DNA of 64,000 bases from Camelus ferus (taxonomy: Eukaryota). The notes under the pieces were generated by a model that saw nothing but the letters and a program-made list of their open reading frames with translations, had not been told where the DNA came from and searched no databases. A program made the position numbers and the translations under genes. The stretch covers positions 68,822,001 through 68,886,000 of the forward strand of contig NC_045697.1 in NCBI RefSeq assembly GCF_009834535.1, read 5' to 3'. How positions within the stretch are numbered: position 1 is the stretch's first letter; each line of letters opens with the position of its first letter. This document shows positions 51,255 through 64,000 of the stretch, piece by piece.

Positions 51255-52509
51255 AAGAAGTTATGTTCCTTAAGAATTGATCACATATGAGTTAGGTAAG
51301 GCGTTGACATCACTGTATATGGAGTCCGTAAGAAATGCAAATTACCCACTTGAGTTTAAGTACAATTTTGTTCTTTAGTGGATGTTTTGGCCTTTTTTTG
51401 CACACTAGGAAGAGAAGTCTTCCAGGAAAAGGGAATAAGCTTAAACTGAGGCGCAGGGATGAATACACTATACACGTGAGAAGAAACATGTAATAAGCCC
51501 ACTAAGACTTCCATTACCAATTCAGAAGGATGCCAGCCATTTGTTAACATAATTTTTAATAACTGATTGCTTAAAATGTCCTTTATTATTGCTGCTGTCT
51601 TCAATCTGTTATCCTATAAGGATTATCCTTAAAAGGAAATAGTCTATTTACCAATTCTGAAGAAAAAAAGAAAAGCAAAACTGAAGAGTGCACCTGGACT
51701 CAGCCACAGAGAAGGCCCAGGAAATAAGGGAAGGGTTAAATAAGTTTTAAAAAATCTGTGCTTTGGGTCTCCTAAAAACCAGAAAGGAAAGCAAAGTAGG
51801 TAGATCAAGTCTGAGAACAGGTCTTTAGTCTTAAAAATTAAAAGGAAAACACAAAGCTTTTCCTCTGACGGACATCATCTAAGACAACCCTCTCCTTTTT
51901 TCCAAGAATTTCATTGCAGTATTTTCTGTAACTCACTTAACCTTCTGTCCCCTTAATTTTCTCATTTCTTAAAGGTAAAAATGTTACTTTAAAAGTTTCC
52001 TAAGTCCTTTCCATCTCTAATGTGCTATTAAAGTAGTCATTCTTCCCTCAAATCCTCATTGAAAGGACGTTGTGAATGCGTATAGAAATACTTCTGGATA
52101 ATATTCTTGAAATAGGTAACCAAACTCATAAATGGACCAGCAAGAAAATGCCCCAGAGTTTGAAAAATTCATATAGTCATATATAAAGTGACTTAAGAGA
52201 GTCTTTGAAAAATGATATAAGGAAAATAATATTCTGGCTCATTTAGTATGAAAAAATGACATTCAGAAATAAATTGCATGGTTTAAAAGAGTGACTTTAT
52301 CAGAGAAGATTCAGACTAAAATACTTCCTTCTTAAGTACACCTCATAATTGTACATCCTGAAAACTTCTAACTTTTATACTTCTCCCATTACTCTGGTTT
52401 CAGCCATCAATACCTAACACAAAGATTACTGAAATAGTATCCTAAGAGTACTCCAACATAATCACCGAATGTATTCTCTTTTAGTCAGACAGAATGTTTT
52501 TGATGTAAA

Positions 52510-54185
52510 AACTTCCTTTCAGCATCTACTTAGGATGTAGAAAGCTGGAATCAGTGTCATTTACACTCTAACAATAAGAAAAAGCCAATTTATATGATTG
52601 AAACTTTCTCATACCTATTCGAGAGATGAAGTCACTGGGTATAATAAGTTAGCCTAAAATTTAAAGACAAGTGTCCCCAAGAAAAGACATGTTATAGCAT
52701 TGATTTATCTGGTATGAAGCATGGAAGGAAGATGGGAAACACTATACAAGCTGGTATGAAAAAATTTTAATAAACTGCTTAAGGCTAAGTTCGGGCTTGG
52801 CGTGAGACTACAGAATAACAGAGACCACAGACACAAGAGGAGTTAGCACCCACTTGTGGGCTCTATACTTTGGGTCGTGTGCTCACAAGAAATACTGGGG
52901 TCGGGGAGGGAAACTAAAAAAGCCTCCTCATGGTACAGACCTGGAGAAGGAAAGTCATTGTCACTGTAGAACAGGCCAAAGCTCTACCCAAATCATTCTT
53001 CCCTATGGGACAAAAGCCTTCAGCTCCAAGAAGAAGGGCGGTAAGTGCTGCCTCTAAGGCATGGGTGAAGAACTATTATGGCTGGAGAAACAGAACAGGG
53101 AAAAAATCCTCTCCTCTGAGACAGGTGAGGACAGAAAGCCACAGAATTGCTGCAGAAATTCAAAATGACTGTGAAAAATCCACTCAGACACCCTGGGACA
53201 TGGGTCTGTCTAAAACTGAGGCTGATCCAGGACAATGTAGAACATCCATCCCATGCCTCCCAACAACACTAGGAAGACCTCAGTAACAGGCAACATGAGG
53301 CATAGCCTAAAATGAGGGTAGAAAAGAAATACTGAAGAAGATGATTCTGGAAGCCAATATTTGCCCTAAACATAAGGTAAAAATGGACATGAAGCTAGCA
53401 ATGCACTAAATAGTAGCAACACAAAACCCCAAACCAACTCAATTCCTGCTAAGACTAGCACAACCCTCTGCACTGAGGCTTATCAGAAGAAAAGGTATGC
53501 CAATCTAGACAAACTTTTTATTTACTTTATTCTCTCCCCTATATCATGTCCAGGTTTTAACCAAAATTAATGAAACACAAATGAAAAAAAAAACACTGTC
53601 AAAACACATACATACCACATGCGCACGCATACGCGCACACACACACACACACCTGTCAAGAGAGAAACCAATCAACAGAACCAGACACAGATATGATCCA
53701 GATCCAGATGTTGGAACTTTCAGACAGGGACTTTACAATGACCATGTTTAATGATAAAGGCTTAGTGGAAAAGTGGATAACAGAATAACATGCACAGATT
53801 GATGGGGAATTCCAGCAGGGAAATAAAAATTATTTTAAAAAAGAATCAAACAGAATTGTCAAAATGAAAAACACAGAAACAGAGATAAAGGCTGCTTTCT
53901 ATTAATTCACCAATAGATTAGACACAGCAAAGGAAAAGAATTAATCCACTGAAAGTAGGCCAATAGAAATTATTCCAAGTGAATTACAACAACAACAAAA
54001 AAAAAGGTTGGAAAAAAACAAAATCCAAGAGCTGTACGACAAAAATCAAATGGTCTAACTAATACATATATAATTGAAATCTTAGGAGGAGGAGAGAGGA
54101 GAAGGGACAGAAGAAATATTGAAGAGATAATGTCAAAGGATCTTCAAAAGACAATGATCAAAGAACCTCAGAACACCAGGCAAAG
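52510..54185 (+). mobile_element. old L1M (L1MC/M4-like) 5' UTR plus ORF1 start
   Basis: ggatgtagaaagctggaa...ctctaacaataagaaaaagcc (5' end); caatcaacagaaccagacacagatatga...gatgttggaactttcagacagggac (ORF1). Confidence 0.75.
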
Positions 54186-54225
54186 TAACTAGGAAGACCG
54201 AGAGAGAATGCGAGCAGTGACCTCC

Positions 54226-54735
54226 TGTGGTAGGCAAAATGGTTCCCCAAAGACATCCATGTCCTAATACCTGGAATCTGTGCATATGTTGCATTATGTA
54301 GCAAAACAAACTTTGCAGATTTAATTAAAGTTATGGACCTTAAAATAGGAAGATTATCCTCGATTACAGGTGGGTTAATCTATTATGTGAACTTTTAAAA
54401 GCTGAGAATGGTGCTCTGCATGATGTTAGAAGTCAAAAAGATTTGAAACAAGGGAAGGGTTTGAAGTGCTACTGCTGATTTAAAGACGGAGTAGGTCACA
54501 TGAGAAGGAATGCAGCTGGTCTCAAGTAAGAGAGGCTGTCCTGGCAAATAGCCCACAAGGAAATAGGGACTCCACCCTACACCTGAAAGAAACTGAATTC
54601 CATCAACAACCTGATAGCTGAGCTACGCTGCACCTGGACTTCTGACTCACGGAAACTGTGAGATAATAAATGGATGTTGTTGTAAGCTCCTAAATTTATG
54701 GTAATTTGTGATAACAGTTATAGAAAATCAACACA
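54226..54735 (+). mobile_element. MaLR MLT1D/E-like solo LTR inserted into an L2
   Basis: TGtggtaggcaaaatggttccccaaagacatccatgtcctaatacctggaatctgtg...ataataaatggatgttgt...aatcaacaCA; degenerate 5-bp TSD cctcc/tttcc. Confidence 0.9.
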
Positions 54736-54740
54736 TTTCC

Positions 54741-55320
54741 TCACTGGTCATGCTGATTCTGTGTATCCCACTCCATCTCATTCTCTACACCAGAGTAATC
54801 ATTCTAAAATTTGAATCTATTTTTGTCATTCCTCTGCTTCAAACCACCACTGAAACCTCACTGCCTTTTAAATAAAGTTCTAACCCCTATGCATGGCCAT
54901 ACAAGCCCCTTGTTTAATATAGTACTTTTACTCCTCCAGCCTGTTCACTCACCGTAATGTCCTCACAGTGTCTGTTCTAAATATTCTGAATTATTTTTGC
55001 TCTGAAAAATAGAAAGTAAAAGAGCCTTTGTACATGCTAAACACTGCATGGAAGACCCTCCTTTTCATTCAGCTCACTCAGCTTTCAGGACCCAGATTAA
55101 ATACTCCTGAACCCCCTCACTAATATTTGACCCCTCTGGCTGGGTTAGGTGGTTTGCCAATGTTTATTCCTATTTTAGTATCTCTCATTATTTATTGCAA
55201 ATTGCCTATATTTTTCAATCACCCCACTACCCTGAAAGCTAAAGGATAGGAGATTTGGTGTTTTATTCTTCAAAGTAGTTCAACTAATGCTTGATGCATA
55301 TACAAAAAAAATGGAAGGTA
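54741..55320 (+). mobile_element. L2 fragment
   Basis: tcactggtcatgctg...tcattcctctgcttcaaaacc...ctgaaagctaaaggataggag. Confidence 0.7.
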
Positions 55321-55683
55321 GAATTTTAAAGAATCTATTGATTTGAAATATATTAAGAGAGAAAGTTAAAACAATAAGCAACTATTAAAGGCAATCTTTT
55401 TTCTAGATTGGTGGTATAACTTCTTCTGCCTTCATAATATTTAAGAATATTATATTTTTAGTAATTTGAAATTATCCTGAATTTACTTTAAATTTGAACT
55501 TAATAACTTCAAAATGTTTTCCCCTAAGTCTATTTCTGATAAAATAGTAATCATTTTTTGGGTGAGGCATTCATTTCTAAGTAGAAAATACCAAATCTGT
55601 GGTCTCAAAAGAATAGTCTGTTTCTAGCTAACTTTTTTCCTAAAGCCTCTTGACCTAAGAGCTTTTCACAGTGCTCCCAGTGA

Positions 55684-55697
55684 GTTACCATGGTAAC
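55684..55697. promoter_or_regulatory. perfect palindromic RFX X-box (GTTACCATGGTAAC), candidate enhancer site
   Basis: Exact match to the RFX consensus GTTRCCATGGYAAC; function not demonstrated. Confidence 0.5.
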
Positions 55698-58600
55698 CTG
55701 AAATGTTTCCCACCATCACATAGATCAGGTTCATCATGATTGCCATGACAAGACCATGGAGAGTAATTAATGGGTGAAAGCACTGCAAAAGGATCTGTAA
55801 AAATAAGAGTGTTACCATTCACAAGATCTGCCAACACTAAATTTTAAAAATACATTAATTACTTTTTAAAAGAGTAAAAAGCATACTAGCAAAAGATAAA
55901 GTGCTTATGATTCTCTTGGAGGATAAGACTTGTCAAACATTTTTGCCAAAAAATTTATTTGACCTTAAATATTTTAAGAAATCCAAAATAAGAATAATAA
56001 AATGAGCTTAAAAGGTAAATAATATTTCACATAAATCGAAAAAAAATTAATTTTACTCTGCCTTCCTTGTATTCATGGAGACAAAGGAATTAAAACGTTG
56101 ATATAAACATATCTTTTTCATAGATTCACCACAGAAGACTGCGAGTCAGATCACTGAGTTCTACTTTTTCTTTCAGAGCAACTATGCACAGTAGTCATTG
56201 AATTGACTGTTCACTAAATTGGGAATAAAGCTGCTAAACTGTTAGTTAGCAATTCTGATCCAATGCACTCTCAGAGAAAACAAGGATGCCATCAAAAGAG
56301 AAAGAACTTCTGCTGAAGGCTCATGCCAGTTTCTGATTCAGATGAGGAATGTGATACAGATAATAGTGGTTTACTAGTTGTTATTTGAATCTCTCTTATT
56401 TCAGTACTTATGAAGATAAGAATTCAGATACTAACTGCTACAACATCATGCTGATTTTCATTAAGTTTGGCAAAAGGGGGCCCAGCATGGAAATATTAAA
56501 CTACTTTCAGACCATATGACTAAAAAGGTTCTATTTATAGCCATTATGTTTGATTTGAATTTTTTAATAATGGCACTCCCTGAAGTCTAGATAATTAAAG
56601 TCAGCTACAAATACTTCTTTTCAAATGTTCATGCCTTAATAATAAAAGGACCCTTTAATAAAAAAAAACTTTGAACTTTAGATTAATGTATTACATAAAA
56701 TAGAAAATTAAATTATACTTTCACAATTATAAATATAAACAATTTTAAAGTATATTAATCACATAAACAAAAGACTATATTACTTGACAATTCAAAAATG
56801 ATAATAGTATATGGAAGTCAAATATCTCAATCTGTATTATACAATGTGTCTCAAAATCCTTCCAAACTCCCATAATTTTCTAATTTATAAATAGCACTGT
56901 TTTAAGTTTACAGATGTTGAATTGATTGAGAGGACTCAGAAGACTAAAGTAAGGCAGTAAGACTTAAAAACTACTTGAACGAATTCTGTATTAATGTTGC
57001 TAAGCTTAATTCAGATATAAGTTGACATCTGTTAAAACTTTTCTCTCTCAAATTGTGAGACATTTCAACTTTCTATGAATAGACCTAATAGGTTTTCTAA
57101 ATTAATGTGGAAATAAGTCACCTGATATCCACAGTTGGTCTGATTAAGGAAACAACTAACACAAAATACGGACAACACAAGCTCAAAAGGAGAAAACAGT
57201 ATTTTGTAATTTAAATTATTTATCTGACACTTTAAAAAATTATGCCTGTAGTACTTGCAATGTTAGCCTCTACCACGAAGGTAATGAATAAAGCTTTGGC
57301 CAATCTAAGTACATGATGATGCCATCTGGCCTGGAAAACATTTTAATTCATATCAGGTGCATATGACAGCAGCTTTCCTGGCTTTCTAGTCTAAGAGGTT
57401 GTGGTTTCACAGGTAAATGAATAATATACTGCCCCAATTTGACTTTACACAATCCCTGACTCCAGTCAGTCCTGTCTCCAGCTGCAACACTGACTCTGGA
57501 TCCAAGTCAAAGATGGGAACTGTATCTGGAGATTCTGTTTGGAATTTGGGAGCTTTATTTTCTCTGAATAAGAGATCCTAGATGCTAGACAAGATGTTTA
57601 TGGTTTATATGTGAGAGGTATCCCAAGTCCACCGATTGACTTTTAAAGTTATCTCAATTGGTTTTGGCTTCAGTATATGCTTACCCTACACTGTCAAACC
57701 AGTCCCCAGCATTATGAAGATATTCTTCCCCATACAATGCCAGATCTTTTGACCCCTGAAGATATCCTACTTCTAGAACCATAGCCAGGAGGTGGTCAAG
57801 AGTTTCTCTTGGGAATCAGAACTACATGACACTGAGGATTCCTTGCAACCATTGTGGCATTACTTTGAGAGAGGTAAGCCTACTGTAGTATATGAAACAG
57901 ACTAAGAAGCTTAGTTTGAACAAAGTCAAATCAAGCTTTAATGCCAAGTGAGGGTAGTGGTGGTAACTTCTAGAGAAAATATTTAGAACTGAGAGTGTTT
58001 CACCTATTTAATACTGCATACATCTAACTGATGTAATCAACAACACACTTCGAAAGACCTAAGGCCACTGGAGGCAGACAATGAAAAGAGTGGTAGCAAC
58101 CGTGATCATGTGCTATTAAAAGCAATACATTAAATCAAGAAGGTTCTATGCAAGTTGCTCATAATAATGATAGTAATAATAATAACAGAAACAATAGCAC
58201 AATACTTTTTTGAATTCTACATTACTTTTCATGTCTTAGCATGAACGTTCTGAATTTCACAATATTTATTATTACTATTATTGGTATAGTATCATATTTA
58301 AATAACATGGCAGAATAGCAGATAAAAGTGAAAAAATTCAGTTTCCAAATTTCTCATTTCAAAAAATTCAGACTGTATATAGTGTTCCTCTTTTTTGTGG
58401 CATGACTGTAATTTTGCTTTAGTGATAAACATCAACTAGCAAAAACACACATATTTTGCTGATCATAATTTGAACATAACAAGATCATAAAATAGGAGGA
58501 TAAATAAGTCAAGCAGGGTCACAGAGTTCATAGTCCATGATTTCCAGGATCTGTCACTGATACTTACTATTTTCTTGCCTGCTCCTGTGGATTAATAAAA

Positions 58601-59314
58601 TATGAGAGTCCCCAGAGCTCCTCTGGATCCCTTTACTAAGTAACTAATGCTGTTAAAAATGTAATTATCTTACATTATGACTGTCTGAGAAGATAATTCT
58701 TTGGAAGCACTATGTTTATGCTATTCTGTTAACATAAAAGATTCGTGCTACTTTTTATATTGCCAGTCTAAATAAAAGAAATTAAACTAATCAGTTTTGA
58801 CTACTATCAAACTTCAAATGAAAACAGCATCAGTAAAAGTAAAAAAAAGAAAAAAGAAATCTAAATATTCAATTTTATGAGTACCCTACCACCTAGAATT
58901 GGGGGGTATTATATTGTTATAAGTATATAAAATGAGAGAAGAATCTTAAAAAGTAGTTTTACGCTATACAGAGAATTGTGCAGTGCAAATAAATTTCAGA
59001 GTAGAGATTTTTCCAAAATATCTTATTTCAATTGTATTATATATCACACAATTATTTACTGCAACTTCTTTCAGCTGTAAAATTATCACTTTTGTACATT
59101 TTTCTTTCCAACATGAGCAGAACCAAAAATAATTATGAATTGTAACAAACTAAAACTTCACACTCACTATTAGACAGATAGTTTCTGTTTGGGGAATTTG
59201 TTCAATGTAATAAAACTGCTATCACAAGCTTTGCCTAGATAGACAGACAGACAGACAGATAGATGAGCAGGCATGCTATTAGCATTGTATTTTAAGGAAA
59301 GAAACTGTATAATT

Positions 59315-59456
59315 TACTAAAATGTGACACAGAGACAAAGTGAGCAAATGATGTTGGAAAATGGCACTGGTAGATGCTCAGACACAGGGTTGCTACAAAC
59401 CTTCAATTTGTAAAAACCTCAGTATCAGCAAAGGGCAATAAACCAAGGTATGCTGG
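59315..59456 (-). mobile_element. Tigger1 5'-end fragment
   Basis: tgacacagagacaaagtgagcaaatgatgttggaaaatggc...caaaccttcaatttgtaaaaa...aggtatgctg; homologous to 22545-22702. Confidence 0.85.
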
Positions 59457-59539
59457 TATGTGTATGTATGTCATATATAAACATATATATATATATGCTT
59501 ATGTATGCTTATATATAAGTAAAATCACTGACAGCGATG

Positions 59540-59586
59540 ATACAACGGACAGGAAGAGTAAAGTATACAATGGACAGGAAGAGTAA
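59540..59586. repeat. 22-bp direct duplication, period 25
   Basis: atacaacggacaggaagagtaa / atacaatggacaggaagagtaa. Confidence 0.85.
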
Positions 59587-60766
59587 TTTGGAATTTGCTT
59601 TTGACATTAACAATAAATCCTGGATCTGACAACTTAAACCTTCCCTCTCCGGGTGCTAAAAATTGCAGGCAAATGTTTAACATATTATTTAAAAATAAGA
59701 AATATAAGTTGTATTAATAATAATCTGACACAACTCCAGAAAACCTCTTTAATAACTCATTGAAACACAATAAATTTAACTAGACCAGCTTTATATACTA
59801 GCACTAGTTTGAGTTTTATGTAATTCACTTAAGATTTTCAAGAAACTAGTAGCAGTTTTCTAGTAAACAACAGTCTATTTCTACCACTCAACCTTTTCAG
59901 TTTAAAGGTAGCATATTATTGCATAAAGTTGGATTCCCTAAATAGCTCCCATTTTCAAAAAATATAAAAATTAAAATATTTGTAAAGATTTCTTTAACCT
60001 GTCTAAACTTCCAAGTATCTCAATAGCTATGGAAACTCAGAAGAAACAACACTTTCCAGACTGTATGAGAATCTTTTCATTCAACCTAATTTCAAACCTA
60101 TTCAACATATAATAAATTGGAGTTGGTTCTAAAAGAATATTTTAAGTAAACAAGATTAGAAGTCATTCTACAGACTTCCAAACAAGTATTTCTTTTCCAT
60201 CTGTGATCTATTTGTAATAATATGCTAATTTTATATATCATATAACAACCAACTTTAAAACTTGTTTAGGATTCCCAATGTTTTAAAAGGAAGACATTAA
60301 ATTAGCACATCTGTAAAGTAACTTGCCCAGATAAGTTATTATTAATTTTCTCTGTCAAAGTAGTTAAACAAGTATGATTATAAAGATGTACAAGAAGTAG
60401 TATTTTCACTTTCAGTACTTTCTTCTAGGTAACACATGAAGTATGTATACAAATGTTCTCTTCCCCATTCTGAGAAGCTTATATTCTAAAACAGCTACTA
60501 TCAAAATATTGCACATTGTATATGTAATTACACAACACTGTATTTACACACAGAAAATCCACAGCAAGAGAGCAAATGACAGTAAACTGACACTTAGAGA
60601 ATTTTCTCTTTGGGTTATTTTAGGCAACATATGCCTGAATTTCTGAATCCCCTGCTATTTCTTTCAAAATAATGATTTTTAAGGCCTTTAATACATGACA
60701 AACTACGTGATGTTCCACATGAGGTAACAAGAAAAGAAAACGTATAATCCTTAGGGTTTTGGTTTT

Positions 60767-61145
60767 GGCAAAACATTATCTGACATAATTCTTAGCAATG
60801 TTCTCCTAGGGCAGTCTACCCAGGCAATATAAATAAAAGTAAAAATAAACAAACAGGACCTAATTAAACTTACAAGCTTTTGCTCAACAAAGGAAACCAT
60901 AAACAAAACAAAAAGACAATCTACAGACTGGGAGAAAGTATTTGCAAGTGATGCTACTGACAATGGCTTAATTTCCAGAATATACAAAAATCTCATACAA
61001 AAAAAAACAAGCAACCCAATCCAAAAATGGGCATGAGACCTAAACAAGCAATTCTCCAATGAAGACATACAAATGGCCAATAGGTATGCTCGATATCGTT
61101 AATTATCAGAGAAATGCAAATCAAAACTACAATGAAGTATCACCT
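60767..61145 (+). mobile_element. young L1 ORF2 internal fragment truncated at both ends
   Basis: ggcagtctacccaggcaat...aaactacaatgaagtatcacct; highly similar to 46906-47255; no 3' UTR or poly(A). Confidence 0.92.
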
Positions 61146-61149
61146 AAAT

Positions 61150-61157
61150 AGACAGAT

Positions 61158-61190
<33 letters not shown>

Positions 61191-61196
61191 CAGACA
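61150..61196. repeat. (GACA)n microsatellite
   Basis: Directly visible. Confidence 0.9.
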
Positions 61197-61796
61197 AAAA
61201 GACACTGCCCAAGAGGAGGAAGAATACACGACAGTTTTTAGTTGTGGAAATCAAGAGTCACAGTGACATTCTTCAGAAAATGTTCTACTTTAAGGTGACT
61301 ATTAACTCTGTTACATATAATACATTTGAAATAAGAAAATAACTTTTTCCTCTTCAGTTGAAGTCATGTTTTCTAGGCATCAAATAAGCATAGAAAATAA
61401 GATCATTTTAATAAATTACTGTAATCCATACTTTTAAAAGGATATTCTTATTTTCATAGAAGGTAAGTAATGTAATTTTGAACTGTATTAAAGTAAGATT
61501 TAACATTGAGTGACTCAGGAATGCCATAATGTGATGTAATTAATTGCAGACAACTATTGTGTTTAAATTACTTACTTAATCTCATTTTGGGGTCATGGCT
61601 AGTTTATCTGTACTAAGATGATTAGTTTATTAAATAAACAAACAGACTTTTATGGAAGAAACATAAGAGAAACTCAAGCAACTGGAAGGTAGACACACAC
61701 ATGCCAAACTCACCTTGCTGTAAATGTTACGGAAGAGCTTTGCCTAAAATCTGGCATTTTAAGATTAGTAATACTCTCTCACTTTGTGTTAATATA

Positions 61797-62108
61797 CAGT
61801 CATTCCTCAGTATCTGTGGAGGATTGTTTCCATAACCAAAGAGCACCAAAATCCACAATGCTCAAGTCCCTTATAGAAAGTGGCACAGTATTTGCGTATA
61901 ACATTGCATATCCTCCTGAATACTTTAAATCATCTTTAGATTACTTATGATACCTAACAAAATGTAAATACTATGTAAATAGTTGCCAGCATGGGGTAAA
62001 TGCAAGCTTTTCTTTTTGGAACTTTCTGGGTTCTTTTTCCCAAATATTTTCCATCTGCATTTGGTTGAATTCAAGGATGAAGAACCCATGGATAAAGAGG
62101 GCTGACTA
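61797..62108 (+). mobile_element. MER2-type non-autonomous Tigger element
   Basis: TA|cagtcattcctcagtatctgtggaggattg...tgctcaagtcccttata...gaacccatggataaagagggctgact; imperfect TIRs. Confidence 0.88.
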
Positions 62109-62789
62109 TTCCATTTAAAATCAAAGGTGCACTCTTAAGAAATAAAGCTTTATCAAAGCAGGCAACTGAAGAAATAACATACCCAAATATTAGCAACTGT
62201 TAATAATGAATATGTTGTTATTTTGTGGCAAAAATTAACTTATTGCTTTGTATGTATATTTCTTTTGGGTATTATCTGTCCCATCTGAAACTCAAAAATG
62301 TATCTTTCTCTTATTCATTTTCTTATAATAAAGAGAAAAATACCTCATGGGATAGGAAAAGAACATAAAAATTCTCATGCACTTCATTATTCAGTCTTGT
62401 TTTTTTAATGAAGAGGATTATTTTCTGCACTGGAATTACATAAACCTCTGAAGGAATAATAAACTTAATAATAGAACAGTATTTCATTTGAATGGAAAGA
62501 AAAATAAACTAAACCACAAAACCAGAGAAAAACTTAAGTAAGCTCCATGAGACCAGAGACTTTCATATCTGTCCTTTTCACTAGAACAATACTTCCCCAA
62601 CACCAGCTACCTGGTATGCAGTGGAGATCTCCTCTACCTGAACTACCTTCCTACTCCCATGGTCCCCACCCTGTGCTCCCCACTACAGAGGTTATCTAGA
62701 TGACTCCAATCAGGTGTCAAGTTTTCTACAAAATTTTCTCTACCGATGCATTTATCACACTTTATCATTATCTTTGCACAACAAAATGT

Positions 62790-62965
62790 AGAGGTGTAAT
62801 CATGGGTTTTGGAATCAGATAATAAGTGTTTAAGCCCCAACTTAGTTTTAGTAACTACAAAAATGTGGGCAAGTTACTTAAGAAAACTGAGCCCTATTTT
62901 TCTCTATATTAAAAAAAAATAGAACCTCCAAAAGAGTGTGATTAGGAGGATTGTTAAGAAAATAC
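62790..62965 (+). mobile_element. MIR
   Basis: catgggttttggaatcagat...gggcaagttacttaa...ctgagccctattttt. Confidence 0.7.
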
Positions 62966-64000
62966 AACTAGTGGCAAAATTGTTTTTCATTTTTGGAGGT
63001 TTATAGCTCTACGTTTCTCCTCTGATCACAATATTCAGATACTACCTATTTACCTCCTCCCAGTCAGAGAGGAAAGCCAACTACATTCCTCAGTAGACTG
63101 CATGTGGCAGGAAGTATCACATGATGTGAGTATGACCTGTAAGGAAAGCATCGGTGAAAGAGAATTCTTCTGGGAGAAGAATAAGTGTAATTCTACATAA
63201 AGAATTATAATAACTATTTATTTGGAACCACAGAAAAAAAAGACACAAAAAAGGATCAAAATGTTCTTTTGGACTGAACCATTTTAATGAAAATGTCACT
63301 CATATGGAACCATTTGGTAACCAAAATATAGATTGCATTTAACATAGAAATACAAAATACAGCATCTTAAGTAAGGTAGAAGCTATTTCTCTTTCATTTT
63401 AAATAATTCTAGGAGTAGGAAATCCAGGAATGCTATCAATCTCCTCACAGTTGTCAGAGATCTTAGTTCTTCCAGTTCACTGCCCTGCAGTCCCTAGGTG
63501 AGGCACTTGTCCTCATTGTTCAAGAAATGGAAAAGAAAAGGTCACATCCTCTCTTTTAAAGAAATTTCTCAAGAGTGAAGAAACTTAATGCAAGTGTCAG
63601 TAACATATAAGAAGACTATTTTACAAAGGAGAAAACTGGACTCAGAGTTAATACGTAAATTCAATTTACCTTTCTTTGGCAAGAACTTAATCATTGAAAA
63701 CATCTAGCTACAAATGATGCATTATTGGTTCAAAAGAGTCAGGTTCTGCTAATAAAGAGATGGGGGAGAATAAATGTTAAGGGAGACGGATGGCAGTTTC
63801 TGCCACATATGTGTTAAGCATTTTTCTAAGTCCCCTAAAGTATACCATTTATAAATATGGAAACCCAAGATGATGGGTCCTGGTATCAGTAACAGAAAGA
63901 ATAAAAAATCAATGGAGAATAAAAGAGAGAATCAAAAGAGGAAAACAAAACATGTATTTTTTTTCCTGTGTCAATAACAACAAAGTAGCTATTCAATTAC

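Noticed and set aside
52854..53286. Overlapping ORFs up to 118 aa
   Set aside because: They lie in an old L1 5' UTR; no recognisable domain or splice structure.
60751..60768. Interstitial telomeric repeat
   Set aside because: Only one true TTAGGG; not significant on its own.
1..64000. CRISPR array, operon or other prokaryote-type system
   Set aside because: The window is mammalian intronic DNA with no regularly spaced repeat-spacer array and no gene-dense long ORFs.

Overview
Eukaryotic, AT-rich, CpG-depleted mammalian DNA, most likely from a camelid (alpaca, llama or camel). The taxon call rests on a Vic-1-type tRNA-derived SINE and artiodactyl/camelid-type L1 3' ends. The only protein-coding feature I can support is one 160-bp internal exon on the minus strand (27744-27903, canonical AG/GT). 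It encodes GIPAPGTYDVQKSYEMSQVQHKYMPPRSSVAKIKHASFLSTTPRCLDKMTDGP-G, which I recognise as STPG2 (sperm-tail PG-rich repeat containing 2). The rest appears to be large STPG2 introns filled with decayed L1, L2, MIR, MaLR/ERV1 LTRs, Tigger1/MER2 DNA transposons and microsatellites. Nearly all other ORFs in the track are repeat-derived or chance. I found no novel gene system. The most notable signals are small: (1) a perfect palindromic RFX X-box with two nearby partial sites inside this sperm-tail gene; (2) a 38-bp locally templated filler at the internal-deletion junction of a Tigger1; (3) an old-looking L1 fragment flanked by a perfect 21-bp target-site duplication; (4) two young L1s fused to truncated Tigger1 copies, suggesting insertion-mediated deletions. 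Repeat family names come from recalled consensus sequences, and the boundaries of old repeats are approximate.
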